Assembly (NCBI RefSeq): GCF_004010195.1
Contig: NC_057710.1
Location: 137,918,000-137,981,999, forward strand
Origin: Chiloscyllium plagiosum
Taxonomy: Eukaryota
DNA: 64,000 nucleotides
Direction of reading: 5' to 3'
In this document: positions 11,031 to 24,666 of the stretch, one piece after another
How the letters are laid out: every line of letters begins with the position of its first letter
Position numbering within the stretch: position 1 is the first letter of the stretch
Notes under the pieces: generated by a model
Databases searched by the model: none
Seen by the model: the letters and a program-made list of their open reading frames with translations, nothing else
Told to the model about the DNA's origin: nothing
Position numbers and translations under genes: made by a program

Positions 11031-13656
11031 AAGCTGCTCAATTATTTGTGATAGCAATTCCAGGTATAAGAGGAAAGCAAAGGGAGTGTGAGTGGTACTA
11101 TCCCTGCCTGTGAGCCAGGAGGTGAGGTTCAAATCCCACCTGTTTCAGAGGTTTGCCGTAACATCTCTGAACAAGCTGGTCAGAAATATCTAAAGCAAAG
11201 GGAGCAGCAGGGTACATATGAGGTTGGAGTCAGAGTAGGAAGATAAGAAAGGAATGAAATCATGAAAGATATGAACACAAGGATGGGAATTTTTAAGTTT
11301 GAGTTGTTGGGGAATGTTGAAAGCCATAGTAAGTTAATAGTCATAGAACTGTTATAATGCAGAAGGAAGCCATTCAGTCCATTGTGTCTGCACCAGTTCT
11401 CCAAATCAGTAATTCATTTAATGTCATTCCTTTGCCTTCCTGTAAGTTTACACATTCTCCTTTTTCAGATAATGGACTAATCTCCCTTTTTAACTGCATC
11501 TGCCTCCACTACATCACAATGCATTCCAGAGCTTCATCACTCATTGCGTGGAAACGTTATTTTTTCTCCTGTCCCTTTTGCTTCTTTTGTCCATTATTTT
11601 AAATCTTGTTCTTGAGTCTTTCACACATGGGAATGATTTCTCTCAATCTACTCTGTCCAGTCCCATCATGATTTTGAATATCTGTACCAAATATCCTCTC
11701 AGCCATCTGTTCTTCAACGAAGCAGGCCCAATGTGTCCAATCCATCCAGTTCCTTGCTATTCTTGTGAAACTTTTCTGCAACCCTTGAATGTCTCCACAA
11801 CTTTCCTGACATTTGGTACCCAGAATGGGACTTAATATGACAGCTGAGGCCAAATTAATTGAAGCTCAGGATTATCTCTTTGCTCGTGTGTCTATGCCCC
11901 AATCATAAATCCAAGATACTTTATGTTTTATTAAAATTGCCTGTCATGCCTCCTTCAATGGTTTATGGCAATATACTCCAAATCTCTGTTCCAGAAGCAC
12001 CTTTAGAATTGTGCCCTTTATTTTCTTTTGTTTTTCCATGTTCTTCTACCAAAATGAATCACTTCATATTTCTTCACATTGAAATTCATCTTCCACCTGT
12101 CCGCCCACTCCACCAACTTGTCTAGGTCTTTTTGGAGATGTGACCTGCAAATTTTGAAATGGTACCATGTACATCAAAGCCTAGATCAGTAATATATAGA
12201 GAAAAGCAAAGGTCCCGATCCTGATTCCTGGGAGACTCTACTAGAAATTATCCTCTGCAAAGCATTCATTAATTATTACATTACATTTCCAATTACTCAA
12301 CCAATTTCATACTTATGTTTCTATTTTCCATTTTATTCTATGAGTTATAACTTTGCTGACAAGTCTGATAAACATTGCACAGTATCACGTGCTATTTGGA
12401 AGGCAGAATTGATGGGAGAATGGAATTTGATATTGGATGGGAAATGGCAGCAGATCTTTCAATTAGTTCAAAATTATGGGCACTGGAGGATGGGAGGTTC
12501 AGCCAAGTCTTGAAATTATAAAAGCATGCAAGGGGGAACGGTGGCTGATGGGTTAAGGTTGGGCAGAGACAAACAATGCTACAGAGGTTAAAGTATATCT
12601 TTTTAGGAGAGAATATAGGTTATACCCTACTGATAACAGATTATGTGTTCACTAGATATAAGTCTTTGTTGGCTAGTTATTGCTATGTTTGGCTTCACAT
12701 CAAACTAAATAACATACTGGCAGTGAAAGCTTTGAGATATTATTTCACATGTTAATTTATAACCGCCAATATCAGCTTTTTCATAGCATGTTAATTACAA
12801 TTATGTCTGAACAATTTAAACAAGCCACAATCCAGATAATTTGGAAAACTTTGATAGAGCAGCTTAGAGTTATTATTTAACCAACTATATCCACTATCAA
12901 TGTTTACTGCATTCTGTAATGAGAGTTGCTACTTCAGGTACACATTATAACCCTTGGGTTAGCTTTTTTGCTGTTACTACCTCAGGGGTAATCTGGCAGT
13001 ATGGAACACGTATGCTTTAGAAAATACATCTGATGTTCATTTCATTGTGAATCTAGCCCAGAGTGTTCTCAAAACTTTAACTCCATCAGCACTTAGCATT
13101 GAGTGCATTATGACTGATGCTTTTGTATTTGCAATTCACCAACAGAGCAGCACACAGCTGCCAACATGTTATTTCAACTTTGACATTCTCAAATTGACTT
13201 TTTCTTACAAGAAAGAACAATTTGTTTACTTGATTAATGGGATCAGTTTCTATTTCACTAATATTAAAATCATTCTGGATCCTGTCAAATGCAAAGATTA
13301 GGGTAGAAATCCGCTGGTGATGGTAATCAGGCTATACTGATCCTCCATTGATTTCGTATTCAAGCCTAACTGATGTAATTTGAAATTAATTTAAAATGCT
13401 ACACAATATCTTGTGGATTACAAAATGAAATTAATACCATCAACATTTTAGGATATGTAGAATTTGGGTACATAAATGAATAAATCATCTGCAGATTTTT
13501 AAAGTGGCCTTTAGTGCATATATATTGAAATAATGAGTTTAGATCATTTATTACACCTCAGATTCTGTGACCATTAAATTGAAAAATTCTCAATAACTGA
13601 CACTCTAGTTTTCTACTTCTCCTGTTCATGATTTTTCACTTATTAAAATTTCTTAC

Positions 13657-13787
13657 CCATAGTTAAGTTGGCAAAGCCATGTCCTGCAAGTCTCTTTTTG
13701 TGGTCATTTAACTGATGTTTTGACTCTGCAATTATACTGTTCACCCATAACAGCAGGTTCGTAAAAACAGAATGAATCATTCCAAAT
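13657..13787 (-). CDS. OTOP1: Otopetrin-1 coding exon 4 (FGMIHSVFTNLLLWVNSIIAESKHQLNDHKKRL...)
   Basis: Acceptor tttttag|A, donor ATGG|gtaaga; 131 nt; hallmark HSVFTNLLLW and ESKHQL motifs. Confidence 0.96.
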
Positions 13788-14003
13788 CTAAAAAAAAGTA
13801 TGGTAATGGACACAAGTGGAGTAAATAAATGCAAAAGTAAAAACACATCATGAAATTTACCAAAGAAAAGTCTCCTACAGAATTAACAAAGAAACTTCCT
13901 CTAAAAAATTAGATTCACCAAATATTTTCAGGAGAATATTATCGCCCTTCAAAACATAGCTTTATATTTACAAGAATTTATCTTTATAGTCGCCTTTACT
14001 TTT

Positions 14004-15226
14004 ACAAACTTGATTGAGCTTTTTGAAGAAGTAACAAAGAGGATTGATGAGGCCAGAGTGGTAGATGTGATCTATATGGACTTCAGTACGGCGTTCGACA
14101 AGGTTCCCCATGGGAGACTGATTAGCAAGGTTAGCTCTCATGGAATACAGGGAGAACTAGCCATTTGGATACAGAACTGGCTCATAGGTAGAAGACAGAG
14201 GGTGGTGGTGGAGGGTTGTTTTTCAGACTGGAGGCCTGTGACCAGTGGAATGCCACAAGGATCGGTGCTGGGTCCTCTACTTTTTGTCATTTACATAAAT
14301 GATTTGGATGCAAGCATAAGAGGTATAGTTAGTAAGTTTGCAGATGACAGCAAAATTGGAGGTGTAGTGGACAGCAAAGAGGGTTACCTCAGATTACAAC
14401 AGGATCTTGACCAGATGAGCCAATGGGCTGAGAAGTGGCAGCTGGAGTTTAATTCAGTTAAATGTGAGGTGCTGCATTTTGGGAAAGCAAATCTTAGCAG
14501 GACTATACACTTAATGGTAAGGTCTTAGGGAGTGTTGCTGAACAAAGAGACCTTGGAGTGCAGGTTCATAGCTCCTTGAAATTGGAGTCACAGGTAGATA
14601 GGATAGTGAAGAAAGCGTTTGGTATACTTTCTTTTATTGGTCAGAGTATTGAGTACAGGAGTTGGGAGATCATGTTGCACCTGTACAAGATATTAGAATA
14701 TTACATGCAATTCTGGTCTCATTCCTATCTTGGAAGGGTTCAGAAAAGATTTACAAGGATGTTGCCAGGGTTGGAGGATTTGTGCTATAGAGAGAGAGGC
14801 TGAACAGGTTGGGGCTGTTTTCCCTGGAGCATCGGAGGCGGAAGGGTGACCTTATAAAGGTTTACAAAATTATGAGGGACATGGATAGGGTAAATAGACA
14901 AAATCTTTTCCCTGGGGTCAGGGAGTCCAGAACTAGAGGGCATAGGTTTAGGGTGAGAGGGGAAAGATATAAGAGAGGCCTAAGAGGCAACTTTTTCATA
15001 CAGAGGGTGGTATGTGTGTGGAATGAGCTGCCAGAGGAAGTGGAGGCTGGTACAATTGCAACATTTAAGAGGCATTTGGGTGGATATATGAATAGGAAGG
15101 GTTTGGAGGGATATGGGCCGGGTGCTGGCAGGTGGGACTAGATTAGATTGGGATATCTGGTCGGCATGGACGGGTTGGACCAAAGGGTCTGTTTCCATGC
15201 TGTACATCTCTATGACTCTATGACTC
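14004..15226 (+). mobile_element. CR1-clade LINE 3' portion (RT domain + 3' UTR, ctatgact tail), frameshifted
   Basis: YMDFSTAFDKVPH, GMPQGSVLGPLLF, KFADD motifs in ORF 14010..14528. Confidence 0.92.
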
Positions 15227-18200
15227 AATAGTCTTTACTTTTATAATGATACTTAATGCAGTTTATTGTTACAAGTAAGAAACTGTATTAAAATAAAGCA
15301 GATGTAACAGTTAACAAGAAAGAAAGAAATCCCATCCGACCAAAGTCTCTGTTTACTATTTTAACGGCACATTTCAGAAGATACAGCAATTACATTCTTA
15401 TAAATCAGGAGATGAATTTCACCATAGAACAAGTTACTTTGCAAGGTTCCCTTCTCTGTCATATACTTGTCTAGCATTTCCTAAAATACCTCTGTACTAA
15501 TCACTTCAACCATTCCATGTGGGAGTGAGCTCCTCACCTTTACACTCTTTGGTAAAAGGGTTGCTTCTGAATCCCCTACAGGTTGTTGTGGTTGATCTTA
15601 TATTGACAGCCTCCAGTTGTGCTCTTTCACACAAGAGAAAACATTCCCTCTCTATCGATACCGTCAAAACAATTCATAATTTTAAATTCCCGGGCACATC
15701 TGAAAGTATGCTTTCTGAGAAGAAAACAGACCCAGCCTGTCAATATTTCCTAGTATGTATGCCCACATATTTCTATAATCATCTATGTACATCTTTTCTG
15801 TACCCTCTGCACACCTCCATATACATCAATAACATTGTGAACAGAATTGTGTGCAGCACTGTGGTATAATCAAGGTTTCATACAGATTTAGCACAACGTC
15901 CTGCTTTTCAATTCTACTTCTCTAGAAATAAAACCTCATGTTTTTTTAAAATGGTCTGCATAACCTGTAGAATAATATATTTTTGACTGATATATTTTCA
16001 TGCCAAAGGCCCTTTATCCTTTGAACCTATTTAGACTTGTATCTTTCAAGTAACAATAGTAGTCGATATCTTTATTCTTCCTTCCAAAATGTTCAGTCTC
16101 ACATTTATCTGTGTTGAACTTAAAATTACCAATCCTTTGCCCATTCTGCAAATTTATTAATGTCCTCCTGTAATTTGCTGCAGTCCTCCATAATATTGAC
16201 AAATTCCTTTAGGTTGGTGTGATCCACAAGTATAGAAATTTTAATTTTAATTGCAACATCCAAGTCATTAATGCAAATTGTGATCAATGATTGCAGCAGT
16301 GATCCAATTGGAAGACCATTCGCCAACTTCTGCCACTGTGAATAATGACTATTTACTTGACTATTTGCTTTCTGTGTGAAGATGTGGAACAATCCATTCT
16401 GCTATTTATCCCCTAACTCCACATAATCTGGTTTTACTAATTCATTACATAATTGAATACTGATATACAATTCCCTGGACATGTTCTGCACCATTTTTTA
16501 AATATAGGGATTACATGAACTCTCCACCAGACCTCTCACACTATACATTTTACTAGTGATTCATTAAACATTTATTATGTAACTGCCATCTTTTTCCTAG
16601 ATTTGGTTTTTTAAATACATGGATTCAGTCCTGCTGGAAAATGGATTTTATTGTGTATGATTGCTTAACTTATTCAATATTTATTTTAAATGTACTTACG
16701 TCATTACTTATCTCATCATTCAATGTTATGTCTACCTGTTTATTTTCCTGGTAAATACCAAAGTAAAGTAATTAAATAAAATTTCTATTTGTTTATTTGC
16801 CACTCTCCTGTGTAACCCTTAATGGTTCTATTACTTTTCTCATCATAACATACCGTTTTTCTACTTGTGCTATTCTCACCCCACATCACCTTCAGGGTCC
16901 GGGTTTGCACTTTTGTTCTGCTTCCTGCAGTCTTTCTCCTTGTTCTCACATTTAGGGAGTTCATTATACCTGTCAGACAGGAACAGTGTTTGCAGAGTGT
17001 CCTTTCTAACCTCTCCTAAATTCCCACTAGTCAACTTACTATCAGTCACATCTGCCTTTCCTGAATTTATAATTTTCTCTGGGACATGACTATATTCTGG
17101 ATAAATGGTCCAGAAATTCATCCCTCTGCCTTACATGTCAAAGAGGTTCCAACTCAATGATTCTAAACTAGAAAAATGTGAGGTGAAAACATCTCCTGCA
17201 GACACTCTTACTCAAAATTGTTTTGCCTCCCCCAAACTACCCTGCTCTGCAATCCACATATGAAGCCTACTCTCTCTAACTTGCTAGGAAGGAAACACAC
17301 CAGATCAGGGATGTCAAATTCTTCATTGACATAATAAACAGTGGAGTTCTGAAAAACCATGAGCATAACTTGCTTTTTTTTTAAAGCAGTGATGGAACTG
17401 TTTAGACTCAAAATAAAAATGTCACTGAAAGAGTAAAATCAGTTCAGTTGCATCAGTTACAACAACTTACAAATAATGCAATATGGCATATCAATTTACA
17501 CTGATACACAACCAAATCAAATCCAACTGAGATAATATTCTCACATTTTCCTAAGAGACTCAAATAACAAATAAGAGTAGAAGAAACATGTATAAGAAAA
17601 ATGGATGCTTCTAGACAGGAAACCATCCACGATGTATTTAGAGTGTGCATGTGCATGAACTGCACATCCATGTATAAATAAATAAGGTTGGTATGTGTAG
17701 ACACAAGTTACCCCATTTGGCTCTGATGTAGTGAGGATAACAGAGATCTTGCTTAAAGCAGAGGTGGTTAGGGAACTTCATATTCCTGGCTACAGGCATT
17801 CAGAAACAAAAATCAAAAAAGGAGTAAGGTGGCAGTACTGATCCAAAATAACTATTGTAATACTGTAAAGTAATTCTATTGTTGAGAGGCCAAAGACGGA
17901 GTCTATTTACCAGATGTACAGTATAGGCTACCAAACACTGGGGAGGAAAAGCAGAGTAAATATGCAACAAATTATTTTTAAAAATGCAAAAACAATAGTG
18001 TTGTGATAATGGAAACTTTATGTAGACTCAGATAGTAACAGTGTTAAGATAAAAGAGAGGAAGGTGCTCCTGAAATGTATACAAATTAACTTCCTTGATC
18101 AACTCAATGAGGAAAGAAGCAATAAATATAAAGGAAAATACTGTGGATGGTGGAAATCTGAAATAAAAATGGAAATCTCTGGTGAAACTCAGCAGGTCTG

Positions 18201-21200
18201 GCAGCATTTGCGGTGAGAGAACCAAGTTAATGTTTTGAGACCCAAATGACTTTATCAGAACTAAGAAGAGAAAGGAAGTCTTGGGAATGAAATGGGGTAA
18301 GTGGAGTCTTGTTTCAGTGGAAGACCATTTGAAGAACACTGAAAGTAATAACAGCAGGATTAGGATAGTTATGGAAAAGGCAAATTCAAGCATAAAATCA
18401 CATAATTTATCATTTGGCTGCAACATTTCAAGATGGCAGCTCATCATAACCTTCTCCAGAGCATTTAGAGAAAGGCAATAAATCCCGACCAAGCCAGCAA
18501 TGCCACATGCCTTAAAAGATTTATTTAAAGCAGGAACAGGGCTAATTTCAGTGAGTTGAAAATGAATCTGCTCCAGGTGCACGAAGATCAAAGCTTGATA
18601 GATGAAACAATAACTGAAGAATGGAAAATTGTTAATGAAGAGATGGTCTGAGTACAACATTGACATTATTCCATGAGGGTGAAAAGGGGGCAATGCAAAG
18701 CTCAAACTCCCTGAATTATTAAATGTATGGATGCAACAAGGAAACAGAAAAGGCATTGAGCAATTGTTCATAATACAGTAGAAAATCAATCTAATGCCTG
18801 GTAGAATTCAACCCTATGAGTCAGTGCTGTGGATCCAGGAAATCTCACAGGCACAAGCAACACAGAATAATAACAATTAGTAATTTTGAAAGATGTGCGG
18901 AAGTAGGACACAGTTACAAAGCAGCAAAGGGCCAAATAACGACTCACATAAAGATGCTGGTGAGGTACAGTAACCCATAGTGGAAGAGAAATCAAATGTG
19001 TTCCTTAAATTTAATTGATTATCCAAGCAGATTGGTTTGGCAAGAAGGAATGTATGCCAACAGACAACTCATCCACTTTAGGCTTAATACCTGAGCAATT
19101 GTCTTTATATTATCACATCCTGTGCCATGGGTGAAGAAATAGATGTTACAGCCTACAACAATGAAACTACAGCACATGGTCCAGGAGATTTGGATCTCAA
19201 GACAAAATGTCTGTGACAAGTAGCTCTGCAGCACAAGGTATATCAAAAAGTCGAGAATGTATACATAATTTACAGACAATAATTCTCAATATTGAGCTTG
19301 AATAAGTATCTTGACTCAACGTCAATCAAATGGCAGAAGGTGTTAGGCTCATTATTATTGACAATAAACTAGTTAAAAGTCATACCATGACTTTTCAAAG
19401 TGATGCTGGGAATAGGACAACTGCTCAAGGAACAGTGAGTTATAGAACTACAGAACCACAAAATTTTAGTTGTTGAACAATTGATCAATGGACAGTAGAT
19501 AGATTTCATGGGGCCATCTAAAGTTATGGCACAACCCTAAAAGCTAGAATCCATTGATATTATCTATATTGGAATAAGAAAATAATTTCAACAAGATGAA
19601 AATCCATGACTACACAAAGTTGGAAAAAAAAATTCCCGCTCCTATCAACACTGAGGAGAGTTGACGAGGTGATAAGAATCACCAAAGTTTGCAAGAAGAT
19701 GCAGATGATTTGAAGAATAATGAGTCAGGTGGCCCATTTGAGTACATTTATCAATTTTTAACTGAAGTTGTTCAGACAGCAACACATCCTGGCCAACAAA
19801 TCAGCATGCAGATCCACATTTGATGTTAGGAGTGAGAAGATACAAATCCAGTCAAACATGTCAATTTTTTTTCTCTCAGGAAGCATCATCATGATCAGTG
19901 ACAAGATCATGCTCAGTAAACAAGAATCTTCGAATAGCATGACTAAGAAAGTACACATGTTGGGGTCAACAATAAAGTAACTAACTCGGCCAAATGCAAT
20001 TGTACAACCTAATCAACTAGTTTCAGTACAGAGTCTATGAATCTCAGTCCAGTCCAGTTGACTATCTGAGAATTGAGATTTGTTCACACAGAGGGAGAAT
20101 TGGTTGCTATGATTCCATGGAAGACACCAGCGAAGTGATATGACCAATGTCCAGAGATTCAGGACATCATCAAAAGAAGTTGTCTGATTAAATGATCCAG
20201 GATACTGCAAGGAAGACAGTAACTCTATCAACAGAGGGAAAGGATTTATGAGATTAATGGTCTCCCAACTGACATTATAGGACAAATACCTGATTTAGCA
20301 GGAAAGAGGACCTCTGCATATTCAAAAGATTACTTCACTTCCAGATAGAGTGCATCAACTGCCTCGTTCAACAAGAACATTGTTCTCCATAAAAATTTAT
20401 CCAAGAGATAAATGGCCATCTAGGTCTCCTCATAAACTTTGTAACAGTGCAATATCAATGTAACTTATACTTGATTGTTATCATTCAAAAAACTACTTCC
20501 TATAAGAGCTCATTAGAGAACTAAGTGGGCTTTCTCTACCACACTAAACAAAGCAGGTCCTGTAAACCCAACCTTACAGGAGGATTGGCAGCAAATCTAT
20601 TTTATTTTGAGCAGGAATCCAGCTACCTCATGTAACCTGATGAGCAGTGGTGAAGATTCATCATACAACAGAGATTACAGCTGAGGTAATAAATTAATAC
20701 CTGACATCCACTAGAGAAAGTGATGCACCCAATGTAGCAATAAATTAAGAGTAAAGGATACAATTTAAAAAAAAGAGAGGGTGTATTTGAAAGGTTAACA
20801 TTTCTCAAAATAGTAAGGCTCTCCCAGTCTGAATGGGATGCATCCCCTGGTTACTGAGACAAATAAACATGGAAACTGCTGCAGCTTTGTCTATAATAGT
20901 CCAAACCTCCTGGAATATTGGCTGGCTGCAGAATTGTAATTATTCTGCCTTTAAAATGAAAAGAGGGATACACCTTGTAATTGCCAGCCAGTCTAACTTC
21001 GGTGGTTGCAAATATGTACAGTGCAGTACAAAATTCATTGAATAACCTATAGTCTTCCACATGCCAATGAAAGCCAGTACTGACATTTTAAAGGCAAATT
21101 ATCATTCAGTATCCTGACTGTAATTTTGTGAAGTAACCGGAAGTGTTGCTGCTGGTGGTGTCAAAGGGCATGGAGTAAGGTGAATTTCAGAGTGGACTGA

Positions 21201-23490
21201 ATTAGTGTTTCCTCGGAGTGAGTATTGCAACCACTTCCATTTTTATTTATATTAATGACCTGAACTTGGGTATATAAGGCAAATTCAATGTTTGCAATTG
21301 ACACAATCTCAGAAATGTAGCACATAACACAGAACAGAATAGTACTAGACCTCAGGAGGACAAATACAGATTGGTGAAATGGGCGAACACATGGTGATTA
21401 GATTTAAAACAGGGAAGATTAGGCAGAGGTTCTATCAACTGAATGGAGGTTGCCATGAAGGTCCCACCTCCTCAACCTTGCCCCTCACTTGAGGCTTGGT
21501 AACCCTCAGGTTAAACTCATCTCTCTCTCTCTCTAACGAAAGGTCCTATGGCCACTTCACCTTACAACTTTAAACAATCTTTAAAGAGAGATCTGCTGGA
21601 ACGAAGCTGGGACACAGGTTGAAAGAAGTGTTTAAAAGATATATGGGATCTTTAGCTATATTAATAGAGAAATAAAGCATAAAAACAAGGAAGCTATGCT
21701 ATAAACATAAATGAAACATTTGTCAGGTTTCACCGAGTCTACTGTCTTATTGTGATACTTTTGGAATAGGTCAAGGCCTTAGAGACAGTGCAGAAGACAT
21801 TATTTGGAAAATGAGATTGCTTTTCCTTCAAACAGAGAAGACTTTTTGAGGTTTTCAAAAACAAGATTTAATGTAATAATTAAAAATAAACTGTTGACAG
21901 TGCCATAGAAATCAGAAGGCAGAATACACTGATCTAAAGCCCAATGGGTCTGAGTTATACAGTCAGAGAGGTACAGCATGGTAATAGACACTTTGAACAC
22001 AAAACACCAAATTGTCCATTTAGAATAGATATCCTAAATAAATCTAAGCCTGTTTGCCAGCATTTGGCACATATCCTTCTAAACTGTTCCTATTCATATA
22101 CCCATCCAAATGTTTTATAAATGTTGAAATTTTACCAGCCCCTAACACTTCCTCTGGCAGCTCATTCCATACATGCACCACCCTCTGTGTAAAAATGTTG
22201 CCCCCAGGTCACTTTTAAATCTTTCCCTTCTCACCTTAAACCTATGCCCTCTAGTTTTGGACTCCTCCACCTTGGGGAAAAGACCTTGCCTATTTACCCT
22301 ATCCATGCCCCTCAATTTTATAAACCTCCATAAGGTCACTCTTCAGCCTCTGATGCTCCAAGGAAAATAGCCCCAGTCTATTCAGCCTCTCCTAGTACCT
22401 CAAACCCTCCAACCCTGGCAACATCCTTGTAAATCTTTTCTGAACCCTTTCAAGTTTCACAACATCCTTTCTATAACATACAGGCTAGAATTGCACACAG
22501 TATTCCAAAATTGGCCTAACCAATGTCCTGTACAATTGCAACAAGACTCCCAACTCCTAAACTCAAAGAGCTGACCAATAAAGGCAAGCATACCAACACT
22601 TTCTTCATCATCCTATCTACTTGAGACTCCACTTTCAAGCAAGTATGAACCTGCATTCCAAGGTCTCTTTGTTCAGCAACGCTCCTCAGAACCTTACCAT
22701 TATGTGTATAAGTCCTACCCTGATTTGCCTTTTCAAAATGCAGAACCCCACATTTACCTAGGGTAAACTCCATCTGCTACTTCTCAGCCCATTGGGCCAT
22801 CTGATCAAGATCCTTTTGTACTCTAAGGTAACCTTCTTTGCTGTTCACTACACCTCCAATTTGATGTCGTCTGCAAACTTACTAATAATAACTACATTCC
22901 TTCCCAAATCATTCATATAAATGATGAAAAGCAATGGATCCAGCACCAATCCTTGTGGCACACCACTGGTCACAGGCCTCCAGTCTGAAAAACAACGCTC
23001 CACTACCACTCTCTGTCTTCTACCTTCAAGCCAGTTCTGTATCCAAATGGTTAGGTTTGCCTGTATTCCATCTGATCATACCTAGCTAACCAGTCTACCA
23101 TGAGAAACCTTGTTGAATGCCTTACTGAAATCCATGTCCTCCACTCTGCCCTCATCAATCCTCTTTATTACTTCTTCAAAAAACTCAATTAACTTAGTGT
23201 GATATGATTTCCCGCAAAGCTACTTTGACTATTCCTAGTTGGTCCTTGCCTTCCCAAATACATGTAAATCCTATCCTTCAGGATTTCCTCCAACAACTTG
23301 CCCACCACCAATGTCAGGCTCACCGGTCAATGGTTTCTGGCTTTTCCTTACCACTTTTCCTAAATCGTGGCACCACATTAGCCAACCTTCAGCCTTCTGG
23401 CACCTCACCTGTGGCTATTAATGATACAAATATCTCAGCAAGGGCCCCAGCAATCACTTCCCTAGCTTCCCACAGAGTTCTAGGATATTC

Positions 23491-23554
23491 CTGATGAAGG
23501 GCTTTTGCCTGAAACGTCAATTTTCCCTGATGAAGGGCTTTTGCCTGAAACGTC
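23491..23554 (+). ncRNA. Two tandem minimal hammerhead cores (36-nt period) at the head of a family-A PLE terminus (to about 23615)
   Basis: CTGATGAagggcttttgcctGAAACGTC at 23491-23518 and identically at 23527-23554. Confidence 0.65.
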
Positions 23555-24058
23555 AATTTTCCCGCTCTTTGGATGCTGCCTGACCTGCTGTGCTTTTCCA
23601 GCACCACTCTAATCTGCCCCTGATCAAGTCCTAGGAATTCATCCACATTTATGCATTTTAAGCCATCTCGCATCTCCTTCTCTGGAATATTGACATTTTT
23701 CAATATGTCACTATTTATTTCCCCATCTTCTGTATCTTCCATATCCTTCTCCACAGTAAACACTGATGCAAAATACTCGCTTAGTATCTCCGCCATCTCT
23801 TGCAGTTCCATACATAGGCAGCCTTGCTGATCTTTGAGGGGTCCTATTCTCTCCCTAGCTACCTTGTGACTTTAATGTATTTGAAGAATCCCTTCAGATT
23901 CTCCTTACCCCTCTCCACCAAAACAATCTTTTGTCCCCTTTTCCCCTTCATGATTTCCGTCATAAGTATATACCTACTCCCTCCTTTAAATTCACTCAAT
24001 TTCTGCTGTCTATACCTGACATATGTTTCCCTCTTATTCTTGACCAAAACCTCAATTT

Positions 24059-24200
24059 TGAGAGTGTGTTGCTGGAAAAGCACAGCAGGTCAGGCACCCT
24101 CCAAGCAGCAGGAGAATCGATGTTTTTGGGCTGGAGCCCTTTTCCAGCAACACACTCTTGACTCTTATCTCCAGCATCTGCAGACCTCACTTTCTCCTAA
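24059..24200. mobile_element. Family-A PLE terminus with 5' inversion, inserted in a CR1, 19-bp TSD
   Basis: ttgaycaaaacctcaattt at 24040-24058 and 24201-24219; internal gagagtgtgttgctggaaaag / cttttccagcaacacactct inversion. Confidence 0.8.
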
Positions 24201-24666
24201 TTGATCAAAACCTCAATTTCTCTAGTCTTCCATAATTCCCTACACCTAGCAGCCTTGCCCTTCACCCTTACAGGAATGCACTGTCTCTCATTATCTCATT
24301 TTTGAAGTCTTCCCATTTTCCAGCCATCCCTTTACCTGCAAACATCCACCCCCAATCAACTTTTTAAAGTTCTTGCCTAATGTCATTAAAATTGGCATTC
24401 CTCTAATTTAGAACTTTAATTATTTGATCCAGTCTATCCTTTTCCATCACTCTTTTAAATCTAATAGAATTATGGCCACTGGTCCAAAGTACTCACCCAC
24501 TGACACTTCAGTCACCTGCCTTGCCTTATTTCCCAAGAGTATGTCAATGTTTGCATCTTCTCTAGTAGGTACATCCACATACTGAATCAGAAAATTGTCT
24601 TGTCCACACTTAAAAATTTCATTTCCATTCAATCCCTTAACACTATGGCAGTCCCAGTCTATGTTT

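Larger units (their letters stand above)
21975..24666 (-). mobile_element. Older, longer CR1 LINE (continues at about 25895-25980), interrupted by later insertions
   Basis: Decayed ORF2 pieces (EYFASVFTVE, YPRTLWEAREVIAGALAEIF, IDWDCHSVKG, YVDVPTRE). Confidence 0.85.

Noticed and set aside
14010-15141. Active reverse transcriptase
   Set aside because: All CR1 copies are 5'-truncated with frameshifts and stops.
18028-18789. 253-aa hydrophobic minus-strand ORF
   Set aside because: Crosses decayed repeats on a T-rich strand; no motif or splice support.
23491-23562. CRISPR-like 36-bp direct repeats
   Set aside because: Directly adjacent with no spacer, only two units, eukaryotic context, no cas genes.
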